Shown: positions 1-16,316 of the stretch, one piece after another | Numbering within the stretch: position 1 is the first letter of the stretch | Layout of the letters: every line of letters begins with the position of its first letter | Source: the human T2T-CHM13v2.0 reference genome, Homo sapiens | DNA length: 64,000 bases | Direction: 5' to 3' (one strand) | Assembly: GCF_009914755.1 (NCBI RefSeq) | Contig: NC_060938.1 | Notes under the pieces: generated by a model | Database searches by the model: none | Told to the model about the DNA's origin: nothing | What the model saw: the letters and a program-made list of their open reading frames with translations, nothing else | Position numbers and translations under genes: made by a program

Positions 1-1087
1 AGGCTAAAAAAGGATTGTAGCACACGTGAGCTCTGCCACGGGGCAGGTACAAGGCCTGCTCCTGCTGGAAAGAAGTAACAGGTGGTTCCAGCTCACTTTT
101 TTCTTGAATTATTTTTTGTTTGTTTGTTTGTTTTTCTATAAGGTTCCCATCAACCATGGGTTGTAGAAGTATTCCTACATGGTAGTTTTTGTGCATTTTT
201 ACTGATTGTGTTATTTTTACATTAGTTTCTTCAGTTGTAATTTCCATTCATTAGACAGAATATATATCTAGAATTGACACTTATGTGCAAACTTACATTT
301 ATTTTTCCATGAGTTTTTTTTTTTAATTTTCCATTTGGAACTCCAAAGCAAAGACAGAAATTCTTGTAGGTTCAATGGGTAAATAACATAGATTTACTCA
401 TACTGTTTAATGTTGGGAACAATAATTCCAAAATCCTAGTCAAGGTGGAATCTTGTGTAATTTTGAGGGTCGAAACACATAATTCATGTTTCTGATTGAG
501 TTTTTATATTCAAGTACAAAAGACCCCTCGTTCATCAAATAATCATCTTTTGAACTTATAGCTCTGTATTATGTCCCTTTGTCTATTATGTTTTCTTTGC
601 ATTCTCTTTCTCTTCTAGTTGGCCATATTCTTTATTTGTTACTATTTTATTTTGTCATGCATACCTGCATACATCTGTGTTTGTTTACCTCACATGATGT
701 AGAAATGAAAACTTCAACCAGAATTTCATCTTGGGAAAGTCACTTAATTCCGTTAGGCCTTATTTTTCTTATTTTTACAATGAAAATTTTGGAACTAAAT
801 GTAGTTTGGATTCTCTTTGCAAAAATCTATAAACTTATAATTATCAGATAAAATAAATAATTACTGGAATGAGAAATATATGCCAGAATAAAAGTAAAAT
901 TGCAAACTATATTTAGCAATTAGGAGTAGACTTCAATGTCTCTTACCCTTGGAATATCATACGAGGGTTTTTAAATAGACATATTTACCTACTTTTAACA
1001 GGTAGTTCTGATGGAAGAAGTTATCTAAAGAAAGGCTAGAAGCAGAGAAAAACATTTGCAGGAGATGTAAATTGATTGATGTATTGG

Positions 1088-1458
1088 TGCTGCAGACTGA
1101 AAGTTTGTGTCCCCCCAAAATGCATATGTTAAAATCCTTGCCCTCCAGGTGATGGTAATGGAAAGGGGGCTTTTTGGAGATGATTAGGTTATGATGACAG
1201 TGCCCTGTGAATAGGATTGGTGCCCCGTATAAGAGACCCCGGAGAGCTCCCTAGCTGTTCTTCCTCTATGTGAGGACACAGTGAGATGATGGCTGTCTAT
1301 GAATCAGGAAGAAGGCTCTCATCAGACACTGAATCATCTCCCAGCACCTTGACTTTGATCTTCACAGCCTCAAGAACCATAAGAAATAAATCTCTGTTAA
1401 CTAAAATCCACCCTGTCTGTGTCTATAATACTCTATTAGGGCAACCTGAAATCAGACA
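1088..1458 (+). mobile_element. MaLR solo LTR, MLT1A-like
   Basis: Starts TGCTGCAGACTGAA..TGTGTCCCCCCAAAAT, has TGTGAGGACACAG and AGAAATAAAT poly(A) region, ends ..AGACA; resembles MLT1A consensus. Confidence 0.85.
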
Positions 1459-2189
1459 CTGGAAAATCTGCTGCATGGATCTTTCTCCTCCCAATCCTCT
1501 CTTTCCCCAATAGAGCCTTGTAAGTGCTTTTACATTTCAGTGAAAGTAGATGAAATTAATACCTGGTGAGTTTCCTCAGTTGTTAAATAAGTTACTTGAA
1601 TGCTGCTTCCAAGAATTTGACTGGGAACACAATCAGGGAGAAGACTATGTAACCCACATTATTACCCCATTAAATATTTTCCATGATTTCTTGGTTTTCT
1701 GTGGTTCCACAAAAACAAGGAAAAACATAATCCTGCATCATCTTAAATAATATTAGAGAGTTTTGACTGCATGTCTACTGACAGCCAATCATAGCAATAC
1801 AAGGAACAAAATACCCACTATCCCTGACCTTCTGGAACAGTGTTGTACTAGGGAGGTTAAAACTCTATGCATTGGAGCCCTTTATCAAACAATGTTTAGC
1901 TCTCTTTGGTTCTTTAAGGATTCACATTTGTAGCGAATAGCTAGAAATACCAGTGCAGTATTTGGCATTGCATTTAATGAAATACAAAGAGACTGAAATT
2001 TTTTGATTGGCTTCTGTATTTTTTTTCAGGTCATTTTCATCACGTTGGACATAAATGACCCAACTTGTATTCTGGTCTGGAAAGAGGAGGCAACTCTCAG
2101 TTTGGCAGACATTAAGTTTATAATTTAAAGATTACTAAATGTATACAAAATAGAAATAAGCAATGAAGCTGGTAAGTTAGGTTCAACAT

Positions 2190-2330
2190 TTGTGGCAGGT
2201 TAAACATTAGTGCTAAGGAGTCAAAACTTCATTCAACAGACAGTGAAAAACCATTGAAGATGTGTTGTACAAATGAGCAACCTGAGTTCTGCTCCGGAAA
2301 AATCAGTTTAATGCCAAATACAGTATGTGT
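2190..2330 (-). mobile_element. L2 fragment (degenerate)
   Basis: GCTAAGGAGTCAAAACTTCATTC..AAAACCATTGAAGA resembles antisense L2; boundaries approximate. Confidence 0.45.
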
Positions 2331-4832
2331 GACAGGAGATGTCAGTTCCAAATTGTGTATATTGACATAAAACTAAATCTATCAATAAAAAATTATTAGT
2401 TCAGTTTATAAAAGCCATCCTATTAATGTAGCCTAAAGGACTCAGATACTTGAGTTCATGGTAAGTCTAGTTCTTTTGAGTATGTAGGTACAATAATCCA
2501 GATTTGATTTTAGATGTAAACTTTTTGCTATTTTTGTTTCTGTTCCAAGTGTAGAATTCTAATTTTTTAGCTGTTCTGTTTGTTTTGAAACTTGGTTAGT
2601 ATTCTTATCATACATAATTGAAGTGTAAATGTCACCGTATTCCTTTAAAAACAAATGCCAATTAAAGTGAGAGATGTTGGCAACAGGAACGGGCTCACTT
2701 CATTTATTATAACATGTTTTGACCTTTTCATTATTTTGGTGGTAATTATTCTATTTTTTGCAACCAACACAAACTCAGATGGATTATTTGATACAGTACT
2801 TTAATTTGACTCAGAGGTCATACTTTCCTTTTACTTGGATAGATCATTGATGCATTTCTTACCTCTATTTCTAAGCCTTCTTTTATTAATAGCTAATTTA
2901 TAGGTTTGTTCATTGGAATTTCAGAAGAAAATCAACAAATGTAATAGCTTAAATTCTCTGTCTGGATTATTAATTTACTTCCATTAATACCAGTTTTAAT
3001 ATTTATATTGTTGCATTGCTATTGGGGGTTCACTTTTCTTTCCTCTAACAGAAGACTGACAACTCATTAAGAATAAAGATAGTATCTTACTCATCCTTCT
3101 ATTTTCAGTATTAAGTACATCCACTGAGACAGATACTATTTTTAAATGAAAGAAACTGTGCTTATATCTGAAAACATCCATTTAACTACCCTTATTATTT
3201 TATTACAGGTTTCTAGAGAATAGTAAAGGGTTTTCATAGTCTTTGTATTACCTACAGCCTTAATAAAGTATTTGCTTAAAAATTTAATTAAAGTGAAGTT
3301 ATTTAAAATATTTTTTATTTTCCACTTGTTTGTAGCTTGCCAATGAATTGTTATTTTATGTTAATGTACATACTTTTGAGGATAACTAGTCAGTATATTG
3401 CATTTTTTAAAAAAGCAAACAAAAAACCAACATGAAACAACTCCTAACACAAAAACAAACAATTCTCTTGTTTCTGCGTGTAATAAAGAATTGCTTCAAT
3501 TTGGTTTGCTGATTTAATAAGTATTGTTTATCTATAAGGAGCTTTAGAAATGGGGTCAAACTGATCTAGAAAAATAAAGAAAATTACATGAGTAGAGAAT
3601 TAGTACTAATTAGTAACTTCTTTATATACTATTAAAAAAAAGATGGCATAGAGATACTTATCTCTACCTAAGCCAAATAGAAAGCCAGTATTACCAGAAG
3701 AATGCAATACATTCTAATGAATAACAAAGTCCTCAAGGAAAATTAAACCCAGATAAATGGGATCAGAGATTGCATCAGTGGATATAACTGGTAATATATA
3801 CATATGTGTGTGTATATTTTATATACACATAGGTGTATGTATATGTGTATATCTACAAATAAGAACCAGATATGAATGATTAAAGGATACACCAAACAAG
3901 TAACATAGCAGAAGCTGTGAGCAATGAATTGATAAATGCTTGCCTATGGACAGTTGGTGAAGTAAATAATTTATTTAGCCATAGAAAAAACAAATGGACT
4001 GAGAAGTTGGAACCAAGGAAGAAACAGAGATAAGGCACATGTGTGAAAAATGCAACTCTGATCAGAGTGTAGGAGAGAAAAAAATACAGGTGTTGACAGC
4101 AAATGACAAATTTCTAAGTTATGTGGGGAAAAAAATGGATTACCATATTCAAAGATGTGATTAGAAGCCCAGATGTGACCTAAGAGTATCCAGGGCCCTA
4201 TTTAAGGCTGTGAACCATCTGCAACAGACAACCAATCTTCAGGACTGGACCTGAGTGGGCTCGGGGTTTTGTCTGGTCTCTGCAGTTCATTTTCTTAGCT
4301 GTACATGGGGAAACAGCTTGATGTCAGTTAGAGACCCATAAGCATGAGAATAAAGGGGTTTTGTTGATTCATTATTCTTTCAATCTGACTGGGGCAACCC
4401 TTACAGTTCATCAAAAGAAATGAAGATACATAGAGATTTCAGTTGAGCATTTAAATCCAGACACTGAATTTTGGTTTTGTCAGCTTCATATCAACCCACT
4501 CAGAAAATATGAATGTGAAGAAAAAGGTTTCAGTGATTGAAATTGGTTTCCATATTGTGGATCAGTTCATGAGCATTTGGACATGAGTCATTTCATGTTG
4601 AACAAACTATGCTTTCCTCTTTAAGCGTAGGCTTAAAATAAAATTAATTCTCATAGGGTTCATTTCATTATTCTAGGCTGGAATAGGCAATACCTTTGCT
4701 GGAGTAAGCAATGCAATAATGCCAATTATTTGCATGATTTAGTTATTATCTACCTATGTTACTATATCTGCTAATTTTTGAGCATTAATTTCTAAATCAT
4801 TTGATATATGTAAGGAAACACGTATCTTAAAT

Positions 4833-5051
4833 CAGGAGTTGGCAAACTTTTTCTATAAAGAGATAAGCAGTAAACATGTTTGGCTTTGAGGCAATATTAT
4901 CTCCGTGACAACTAGTCAACTTTGTTCTTTTAGTGTTTCAGTAGCTATGAGTAACATGCAAATAAATCAGAGGGGCTGTGTTCTGATAAAACTTTACAAA
5001 AGCAGGGAGTAGGCTGGATTTGGCATATGGGCCACAGTTCGCTAACTCTTG
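4833..5051 (+). mobile_element. MER58A (hAT-Charlie non-autonomous DNA transposon)
   Basis: Termini CAGGAGTTGGCAAAC / GTTCGCTAACTCTTG; 8-bp TSD TCTTAAAT (4825-4832) / TCCTAAAT (5052-5059); ~220 bp. Confidence 0.9.
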
Positions 5052-5502
5052 TCCTAAATAGTAACCAAACTAAACTATTTCCACTCACAGTCATGAAATC
5101 TTTTGTATTTCTAGGTTACCTTCCACAACAGCATTTTTTCTAAGGCCATGACTACTTGTAGGTCAATACTCATTCTCCTAGTACCAGGGTCAGCTTAAGG
5201 GTGATGAATTAGGCTGTCAACTCCAGGCCATGTATGTCTCCACAATTTTCCAATTAGAAATAGGAAACAGGGAGGAAAGGGGCATTAGGATAATAGCGTA
5301 TGTTTCTACTTTAATGAAGCCACCTAAATTAAGTGGAGAATGTTGTATTCACTATTCATAAATACTAGCATCCTTTGCTATTAAATTTTCCAACTCTCTT
5401 TTATTTTTTTAATGTATGCTGTAACATAGATGTATCACATAAACAATGCATGTATAATATATCATTTTATCGTAAATAGATTAATATATCGTTAAAAAAT
5501 GA

Positions 5503-7532
<2,030 letters not shown>

Positions 7533-7619
7533 AAAAAATGAGATCCAGTGGGAAAATGCTGTTGGTATAAAACCAGAGTTGGTAAAACATCTTGGATGTC
7601 CCATTTGTCCATGTTCATT

Positions 7620-8110
7620 AACAGATGCATACTTGATGAAGATATCTTAAGTTGTAGAGTTGTGTTTAGCATTCAGACAGTACACTGTTAAGTGCTAAGT
7701 CATATAAGAGTTTGAACCACATGAAATTGCTGTTTTTAAGTCAAAAGACAACAGAATATTAGGAATTTCATAAATCTAAAAAAGTATTGAAGAAGATTGG
7801 CATTGACTCTTTCCCCAGGGAGTTAATAGTCTGTCTTTGCAAGCATAATAAATATTACCAATAGAAAAATAGAAGATGCATTAAGAGCATATAATGACAA
7901 AACTTAACAAGTGTAGGAGATTAGAGAAAGCACCTTGAGTAGGGGGCATTTAGGTGGAGACCAACAAGATAAATAGAATTTAGAAAAACAGAGAGAAAGA
8001 GAAAGGGCAGCAAGGGCTATAGAGAATGTCATAAGTTTTGGGAGCCACATGTCTGCAGGCTCAGAGGCAGGAGAGGATATAGATGTATTTGGTAATGGAT
8101 AGCATGGTCA
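7620..8110 (-). mobile_element. L2 fragment interrupted by MADE2
   Basis: Purine-rich antisense-L2-like sequence (AGGGGAGTTAATAGTCT.., AGGCTCAGAGGCAGGAGAG); boundaries approximate. Confidence 0.55.
7703..7776. mobile_element. MADE2 mariner-derived MITE
   Basis: TTGAACCACATGAAATTGCTGTTTTT..GTCAAAA..GAATATTAGGAATTTCATA matches the ~80-bp MADE2 consensus with ATGAAATT/AATTTCAT inverted ends. Confidence 0.7.
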
Positions 8111-8148
8111 CAATCAATTATGTTTCCCATATGCACATTTAAAGATTT

Positions 8149-8185
8149 TATATATACATATATATATACACACACACACACACAC
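8149..8185. repeat. (TA)n-(CA)n compound microsatellite
   Basis: tatatatacatatatatatacacacacacacacacac. Confidence 0.9.
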
Positions 8186-9989
8186 TATTATATACTAATA
8201 GTATATGATTATTTTACAGTATATATATCTTTAAATTAACTTATATAAATAAATTTTCCCTCCCAAAAAAATCTTTGTGTAACGGGGTCATGTCCAAAAG
8301 ATTGTGTTAATCCTCCACAGCTCTGAGAAGTGTTGTTCTAAAGCAAGAACTCATAGCTTAGTTTGTTTAGTCTGAAAACCGCTAACAACAAGGAAATCCA
8401 TAGATAAATCTTCAAGTGAATTCACCTTCAAGTTACCCTTCAAAACCTGGGCTTCTTGTCAAGCCCTCCATCTCCTCTGCCTCAATCTCTTCTTCCTTTC
8501 GTTACAGTATAATTAGAACTTTCTTCTCTGACATTCTACCAACACTATTTTCATGATGCCACCAATGTACAATTTTGCACCTCCCTGCTTTGTAAGTGCA
8601 TCTGAGGATTAAGGTACATTCAAGACCTGCCCTTCTGTAGAACATACTTGCTAGGAGTCCTTGTTTCCTCTTTGTGAAGATCTAATGACAGCTGACACAT
8701 TGAACACTGTGTTATTTCTCTCCAGGTGCAGGGACTTTCTTGAGCCTCTAGAACTGCTCTTGTAAACGGTTTTAATGGTAGGCCTTTGCTACTAATGTTC
8801 ACGTAATAAATGCCTACCTGGGTAATAGAAGACTTATGTGTAAAAGAAGACATTCACCATAATCTGGTAGTGGAGTTTGGGGGATGTCATTAACCCTCTC
8901 TCCCACAAAACTTTTGGTAACTACAATTTACCAAAAGTAACCTAAGAGATGTGTACAAGCAAATTGAGTTAAGCCAGCTGACAACAGTTTGAAATCTATA
9001 ATTAAAGTATTCTGTAGACCAAAGGGCACATATATTTTATTTTGGGAAGCTGAAGTGAAGTATGGGCAAAGAAATGTCCTGCCTCTGTAAACAAAGCATT
9101 GTAAAATACTTTAAAAATCATCTTCACTTTGGAGCAATGAATGATAGTTGCTAACTTTTGATTTTCCCCATTTACAGCTTCCTAAAGCCCTTTAATACAC
9201 ATTCTTCCATTAGATCCTTGCAGTGAAGATGTGGCATTGACATAATTTCTGGCTAGGCAAGAGGAATAGGCAGGCAGAGAGACAGTCGTTTGCTACTTAC
9301 CCAACCCCTCTCCTTGACTTCTACTCCTCTCCATTTCCCAAAACCCTTCTTGGGAATAAGGGTTTGAATTGTGAGATGCCTCACTCATAGCAACAGTATC
9401 TATTGGCATTGTGTTGCTTTTTGTTTAAAAAAAAAATTCCAGAGGAGACAAGACAGGGAATCTGCCCATACCTTGCTCATTGATGAAGGGAAATTGTATC
9501 TGCTCCAAGGTTAAATCAAGGGCAGCAAATGTCGATTTGTTTTCGAGAAGTTCAGGCATTGAGGGAGTTGTTAACATCCTATTCTACTTGAATCAAACAT
9601 CTGCGTTTACTTGTGTTGGATAATGAGAAAACCGGGGTCTCTTAAATATAGTCCTTTGCTATAAATAGACAATCTATTTTAAATTTAATTGTTATCATTG
9701 CCAAAGCATAACCTCAGAGAGGCAGACTGATGTCACCAAAATGCTCCTTAACTGAGTGGTAGGCACCTGGTTCTAATCGCTGCTCTGGTACTCATTAAGT
9801 ATGTGGCCCAGGTGGATTAATTTCACATTTTCAGGACTCTCCGTTCTCTAGAGTGTCCATTTTCTCTACTTATTCGTTTCCAGGGTTTCTTCCTTTTCCA
9901 TTCTTAGCGAGGTTGCCTTTACTCAGGACCTTCTTGGAGGATTCTAAGAAGCTCCTATCTTGTTGACATTTTTCCCATCTCACCTCTTT

Positions 9990-10580
9990 AGTCACTCCAA
10001 CCTCTAACAAATATACTTTTCATATTGCTGCCAGCAGCTTCTTATTAAAATGCACATCTTATCACATCATTCTCTCAAAGTCTTTCAAGGATTTCTTATA
10101 TTTCAACATGAAGGTCTAACTATTTAGCTTATATAAAGAAAGCTGCAGAAACTAGGCATGACTGTTCATTGCCCTTTCTAGGGAAGTTTTTTACAGTCCA
10201 GTCATTCCAAAATTATTACATTTTCCTGAATATATCCAATCTATTCCGCTGTAGATTTTTAAATACTGTATATTACCCTCTTGTCCTCCTTCTACAGAAT
10301 CACTTGGCTCACCCCTTCTTGACATTCTCTAAGAGGCTCAGACATTACCTCCTTCTGGAAGCCTCCCCCAATATCTCCCATCTGGATCTGGGCCCATGAC
10401 TTTGCAGATGTTGCACCTTGAGAGCCCATTCAGCATAAAGCTTTGCAGCAGGCATTGTTGGTGACTATTTCCCTTTTTCCCTCCAGCTACCTCGAATTAA
10501 ATCTGAACTTTTTCAGGGGAAGGGCTGTGCTTTCATCTCTACTTTTTCTGAAATATACTTGATAAATGGCTGTTGTGGAA
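9990..10580 (+). mobile_element. L2 3' region
   Basis: AAATGCACATCTTATCACATCATTC, AGGCTCAGACATTACCTCCTTCTGGAAGCCT, CAGGGGAAGGGCTGTGCTT; boundaries approximate. Confidence 0.7.
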
Positions 10581-11674
10581 GACATAAATACACGATGACT
10601 AGATAAGAGCATTGGACTCTATTATTCCATTCATTCATGAATACATAGTTATTCAAAATCATTTTGCCTACTAGAAAGTCACTGGTATGGAGTTTCATCT
10701 TTGTTTTGATCCAAAAAACAGAAGTATAGATTAAATAAGTCTTTGCAGAATAAAAATAATGCTAAATCCTAAATTTGCACCTTAAAATTGCACCTCACTC
10801 TCCACTGCCAACCCCAATGTCAGTTATGCTCAACATCTGGACGAGTCTAATTGCATGGGGATGTAGGTTAATAAGATGCCAATTGTAATTCAGGGAAGAT
10901 AAAAAGTGAAATAATGAGCTTTAGAGCAAAGAGGAAAAATAGAAACTGATAAACAGAAAGTACTTTGAGTTGACTATAAATTAAATTCATGAACTACTCA
11001 TTATAAATGGTTTTTCTCAAATCTGATATCAATACATAGAGAAAAAAATTATTTTAAAATGAGAAAGCATAAAAGAAGGTCCCACATTCAATACAATATT
11101 TAACAAACAAAGAATACTATGATATAACCTGTGATAAGATATCAACTATAGAGCAACGCAGAGGAGAGAGTGTTTTGGAAGTTAAGCAATGTGGATTTTC
11201 TTCCTAGATAACTAACTATGCGTAACTGCTATGTGGCTTTAAGTTGATTTCTCAATGTCTCTGAAATTTAATTTTTTCCCCTGCCTATGGAATTAGGAAG
11301 TTTATTCATATAATTCTTATTTCCTGCCAATTTATCATTCTATGAACCAGTAAACACTGTGCAGCAGTAAACAATGAATCTAGGCACATACACAGAGATG
11401 GTTTATTCTCTCCTGCAAGAAAAAATGGAGAATCAGGGGATACCCAGTTACCCTAAGGGATGTTTGGGGAAGAACAAGAAACTCCAGTTATTTGAGAATC
11501 TAAACAAAATGTTTATGAAGGAAATGTAGTCAGCTTCTAGACGAATGGGCTGGGTAAAATCAAAGGAAGGATTGGTGTTGAACTATATCCCCTTTCTAGC
11601 CCACCAGAAGTCACAGGTTTTTCTAGGAGTCATGGATTTTCTCCTCGCCACAAATTCCTATGATTGTGTAGCTG

Positions 11675-11810
11675 ATTGAGACCTTGAATCATCTAGTGCC
11701 CTCCCCCATTCCATTCATCTGAGGCCAAGAAGGTAAGTAAGTGATTGTCAAAAGCTAGTGAGCAGGTCGGGTCTATTTCCCAATGGATCCTTTTCTTCTG
11801 CCCTCTGCTG
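11675..11810 (-). mobile_element. MIR-family fragment
   Basis: GAGACCTTGAATCATCTAGT..CTGAGGCCAAGAAGGTAAGTAAGTGATT resembles antisense MIR core. Confidence 0.5.
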
Positions 11811-11999
11811 CTCCTTTTGCCTAAAGGATGTTTTGTAGCTATTTCTCTACCCCATACCCTGCCACACACCTGTACCTTTCCAGTCCTTCCTTGAAAGAGA
11901 ACAAAATGAGGACTCTGCTAATTTAGGTGACAAATTTAAAATCAGTTTCATTGAAATTGCTTTGATATCCTCTCACACCTAAAGAAAATAGTCAAATTA

Positions 12000-12419
<420 letters not shown>

Positions 12420-14074
12420 TTATGTATTTATTTTTAAAGAAAGCAATTGATGGTTTGGTTTGAACATGACAAAAGGTTGATCTTTTTATTTTCCATGACC
12501 ATAGTTATGCAATTATCATATTAAGATTTAAATATAATCATGGAAAACTATTGGCATAGATAAGACAGTCTCATTTGGCTCTTCACAAAATTGCTCCATT
12601 TTGTGCTATATTTTCTCTTAAATGCTTTTTTCGTCTACTTTCTTGCAAGCTTTTCACCATCAGTAGTTTGCGCTTCCCTTTACTCAAGCACTCCCTCTGG
12701 CTTCTGGCTTTAGAGTATTGAATGCTGTAAAAGCACAAAAATAAATCAACAATGAGTGAGATGCACAAGCTTTTGTATGATAAGACTTTTACCACTAAGA
12801 GACCTGTTTTTATCTTGATCCCTTTTTAATAAAAATTAAAATAAATATAAATAAATAACAGTAACCACTGTTTATTAAATTGTTATCATTTTCTAAGCAC
12901 CTACTTGGAAGAAACAGAGTTGGTGATATGGTCATATTTGCCTTAGAATCACAAGTAATTTGTAGATAATTGTCCCAAATTGGAGTCAAAGATGCAGCAA
13001 AAAAATAAAATGAAGATCAAAAAGGTTAAGAATATAACAAGCCAGAAGAAAGGATATAAATGGGATAAAATACCTAATTTGGTCTTACTAGATTGTTCTT
13101 ACTTTTGAATTGGCCTCATTCTGTATGTTCTCCCTCACCTGCAACTTGCTTGAGTCAATAACTTTTAATTATGTTTTTCACAAGTGCAAGGAAAAGTAAG
13201 TTGCTTTATTTCTGTAGCTTCTGTATTTGATTCCATCTGCTTGCAGCTCTGTAACACCCTATTTAGTTAATAGTTATACCACCCATAATGCTAGGAGAAA
13301 TGATTTGTAATTAAAGACTTAAATATTTTAACACTCTACCTTAAAATGCTTCTTAGCAAATGTTATTGCAGCGGGAGAGTCATGTAGAGAACTTTTCACC
13401 TTTCATTTGTTAAATAAGTTAACCTATATTACTCTATGTTACATTGTTAAAGAAGACATTATAACTCTTGGAATTAGGTGCTGCAATCTTGGTTTGGTTT
13501 AAGTGTTATTTTTAAATTAACTCCATTGCATATTTTTATTAGAACTGATAGAATTCACTTTTAGCTGATTCTGAATTATTTTATTAATAAAAAATCCTAT
13601 TTAATTGCAAAGCACAAGTTACTTTAAACTTTTCTCTGGACGAAAGAAAGCTTGGCTGTTAAATTAATATTGCTGTAACAGAATTTGCTGAGAAAGACAA
13701 TAATGTTCGATTTTCACAAGGTCTATGACGATCAAGAAATTTCACTCTTTGGACATTACTACTAAAAACCATCAGACAGTTTATGTTGGGCCTGCAAGAA
13801 ATTCATCCCTTCATGCTACTGGGGTTGCTAAACTAATTAATGGTATGATGATGTTGCAAGGGACTCATTAGAACTAAGTTAAGGGATTACTGTCAAAGAG
13901 TGTAACTAACACGTAATGAGCAGTTCCAAATCCTGGTTATCAGCCCTACCTTTTAATGAGATCACACAATTGGTTGTTTCTTGTTCATTTTGGGATGCAA
14001 TTGGAAGCAACAATACTGAATAAATACTTTAAGCTATAGATCTTTATGCTGTAGATTTTCTTGAGAATTTTTGC

Positions 14075-14280
14075 TAAAGAATGCAGAAATTCTTAAGTTT
14101 AAATCTTGGTTTTGCCATTTTCAAGTTGTGTAACCCTTGGCAAATTATTTGACATCTCTGAGCCTCAGTTATCATCTGTAAAATGAAGCCCAAGACAGCT
14201 ATTTTACAGTACTTATTTGAGAATTAGAGTTAATAATTTTAAACAATCTAGAACAGTGCTTGACAGGTAGCAGATATATG
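14075..14280 (+). mobile_element. MIR
   Basis: Core CCTTGGCAAATT..CTCTGAGCCTCAGTT..CATCTGTAAAATG and 3' AGAACAGTGCTTGACA. Confidence 0.8.
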
Positions 14281-15239
14281 TCTTGTTTGTTTTTACTATA
14301 ATTCCTATTTTTCTTTCCCAATTGCCTCTAAATTATCTTGATGTGCATGCATATTTTTGAACTAAATTGTGTCATCAGGGGAGAGCATTCAATTTACATT
14401 TTTTGCTATTATTCAGTTTACTAGGCATTTTTACAAATGTTTTTGTATAGAACGTTATGCAAGATCACTTATATCTTATTATGATAAGGCAACTTTTATA
14501 TCAAAGAACATAAAAGAGTCTGAGGGCTTTTTAATTTTACCAAACTTAAGGCAAAGTTGTTATACATGTAATTTGTAATTTTATTGGAAAAACAGATCTT
14601 TCATTGGATGAAAATATACATTTTTTTTAAGATAGCAAAGCTTTTACTTAGCCCTTGAAATATATCTATTCCCTAGGGCAACCATTCTCTAATTTTAAAT
14701 TTAAGGTCTAGTACATAGTTCAGTATTCAGGGTCTCCTATACCATAGAAATTAAATCATTTTAAGAAAACAATTTTAAAATTAATCTATGTGTTGTTATT
14801 GATGATAATTATTATGTAGGTACAAAACTTCTGTAGATTTTTATGTCAATATTTTCCAAATAGTTTTCATTTTTAAATCTGTGAAGACTTTTGTGTTGAT
14901 GGGAAAAACAGGAAATTTAATTTTATGCTCTTCTGTTTAAGTGGTTTGTTTGTTGTTTGAGTTACAGTGTATTCACCAAAGCCTCTGATTTTAATCCCGT
15001 CCATTGTACACAGAAACATTCAAACATATCTCCTTTCTTCACACAGCGACTACCAACTACACCATCAAGTGCATTTCAAACCATAATGAAGGGACTGTAG
15101 ACAGTCACACATTTCCCAAGATGAAAAACACTTAACATGGAACCACTTTAAATCAGCCTCTGTCTTCTTCAAATGCGAATACTCTTATCCCTCCAACCTG
15201 GATGCCTTGGCTGTGACATTTAGAGCAGAGATGACTTTT

Positions 15240-15422
15240 CATTGGCTTTCAAGGTGTTGCTCCTAACTACTTGCATCAGAGTAACCCATAATGCTTATAA
15301 GAAATTCAAATTTCTTCACTTCATTGCTGTAACCTGAATCAGAATCTCTGCATTATTTTGAATTTGCATATTTGATGACGTTATTTGTTTTCGTTCTTCA
15401 CGCTAACATTTGGGAAGCACTG
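15240..15422 (+). mobile_element. MER5A-like (hAT-Charlie)
   Basis: Termini CATTGGCTTTCAA / TTTGGGAAGCACTG; internal CTGAATCAGAATCTCTG. Confidence 0.7.
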
Positions 15423-15774
15423 AGAAGAGGGGATATACTTGGTAGAAAAGTTTTATATCAACTACCACAAAAGGGAAACTCCCTACTCTCCTTACTGGTT
15501 CCATGATCAAAATAGCAGAAACCAGAATCATGTAAACATCAATCACAAACATATACAATTCTGCACTTCTTCTGGGAAAACTGCAAATAGACAAAGCTTA
15601 ATTTCTGAACTAAAAAATTACATTTTAATTAAGTATATTTGCTTGTTAAAAATATTTTTACACTTTTGGATGCATTAAACAAATCTTATTTAATCTACTA
15701 TTTTAGTGAGTGTTCAACATTTCATTATAATCGCTTACATATATTTTCTGTATTTTTCATTAATGTTATTAAAG

Positions 15775-16314
15775 ATTAGTATTTATTGAGCACTTGCCAC
15801 ATGCAGACACTGTTCTTGGCATTTTACATCAATTATCACACTTGATTCTCCCAATAAACCTATCTCAGCTTAACAGATGGAAAAAAGCTCAGGCTTGGTA
15901 AGATCCAGTACATCACAGATAGTGATATAGTTTGGCCATGTCCCCACAAATCTCATCTTGAATTCCCATGTGTTGTGAGAGGGACCTGGTGGGAGGTAAT
16001 TGAATGATGGGGGCAGGTCTTTCCTATGCTGTTCTCATGATAGTGAATAAGTCTCACAATAGCTGATGGTTTTAAAAGGGGAGTTCCCCTGCACAAGTTC
16101 TCTCTTCTCTTGTCTGCCACCATGTAAGATGTGCCTTTCACCTTCTGCCATGATTACAAGGCCTCCCTAGCCACATGGAACTGTAAGTCCAACAAACCTC
16201 TTGCTTTTGTAAATTGCCTAATCTCAGGTATGTCTTTATCAGCAGTGTGAACATGGACTAATACAGACAGTGAATGGCAGAGTTAAGAATTTAACCAAAA
16301 TCTGTATGATTTCA
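15775..16314 (-). mobile_element. MIR split by THE1A
   Basis: TATTTATTGAGCACTTGCCACATGCAGACACTG..ACAGATGG..CACAGATAG resumes after the LTR as TGAATGGCAGAGTTAAGAATTT. Confidence 0.75.
15923..16265 (+). mobile_element. THE1A-like MaLR solo LTR
   Basis: TGATATAGTTTGGC..CAAATCTCATCTTGAATTCCCA..GGACTAATACA; TSD GATAG/GACAG. Confidence 0.93.
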
Positions 16315-16316
16315 TG

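Noticed and set aside
13725-13871. 48-codon ATG ORF in the unique island
   Set aside because: Length expected by chance; no homology recognised
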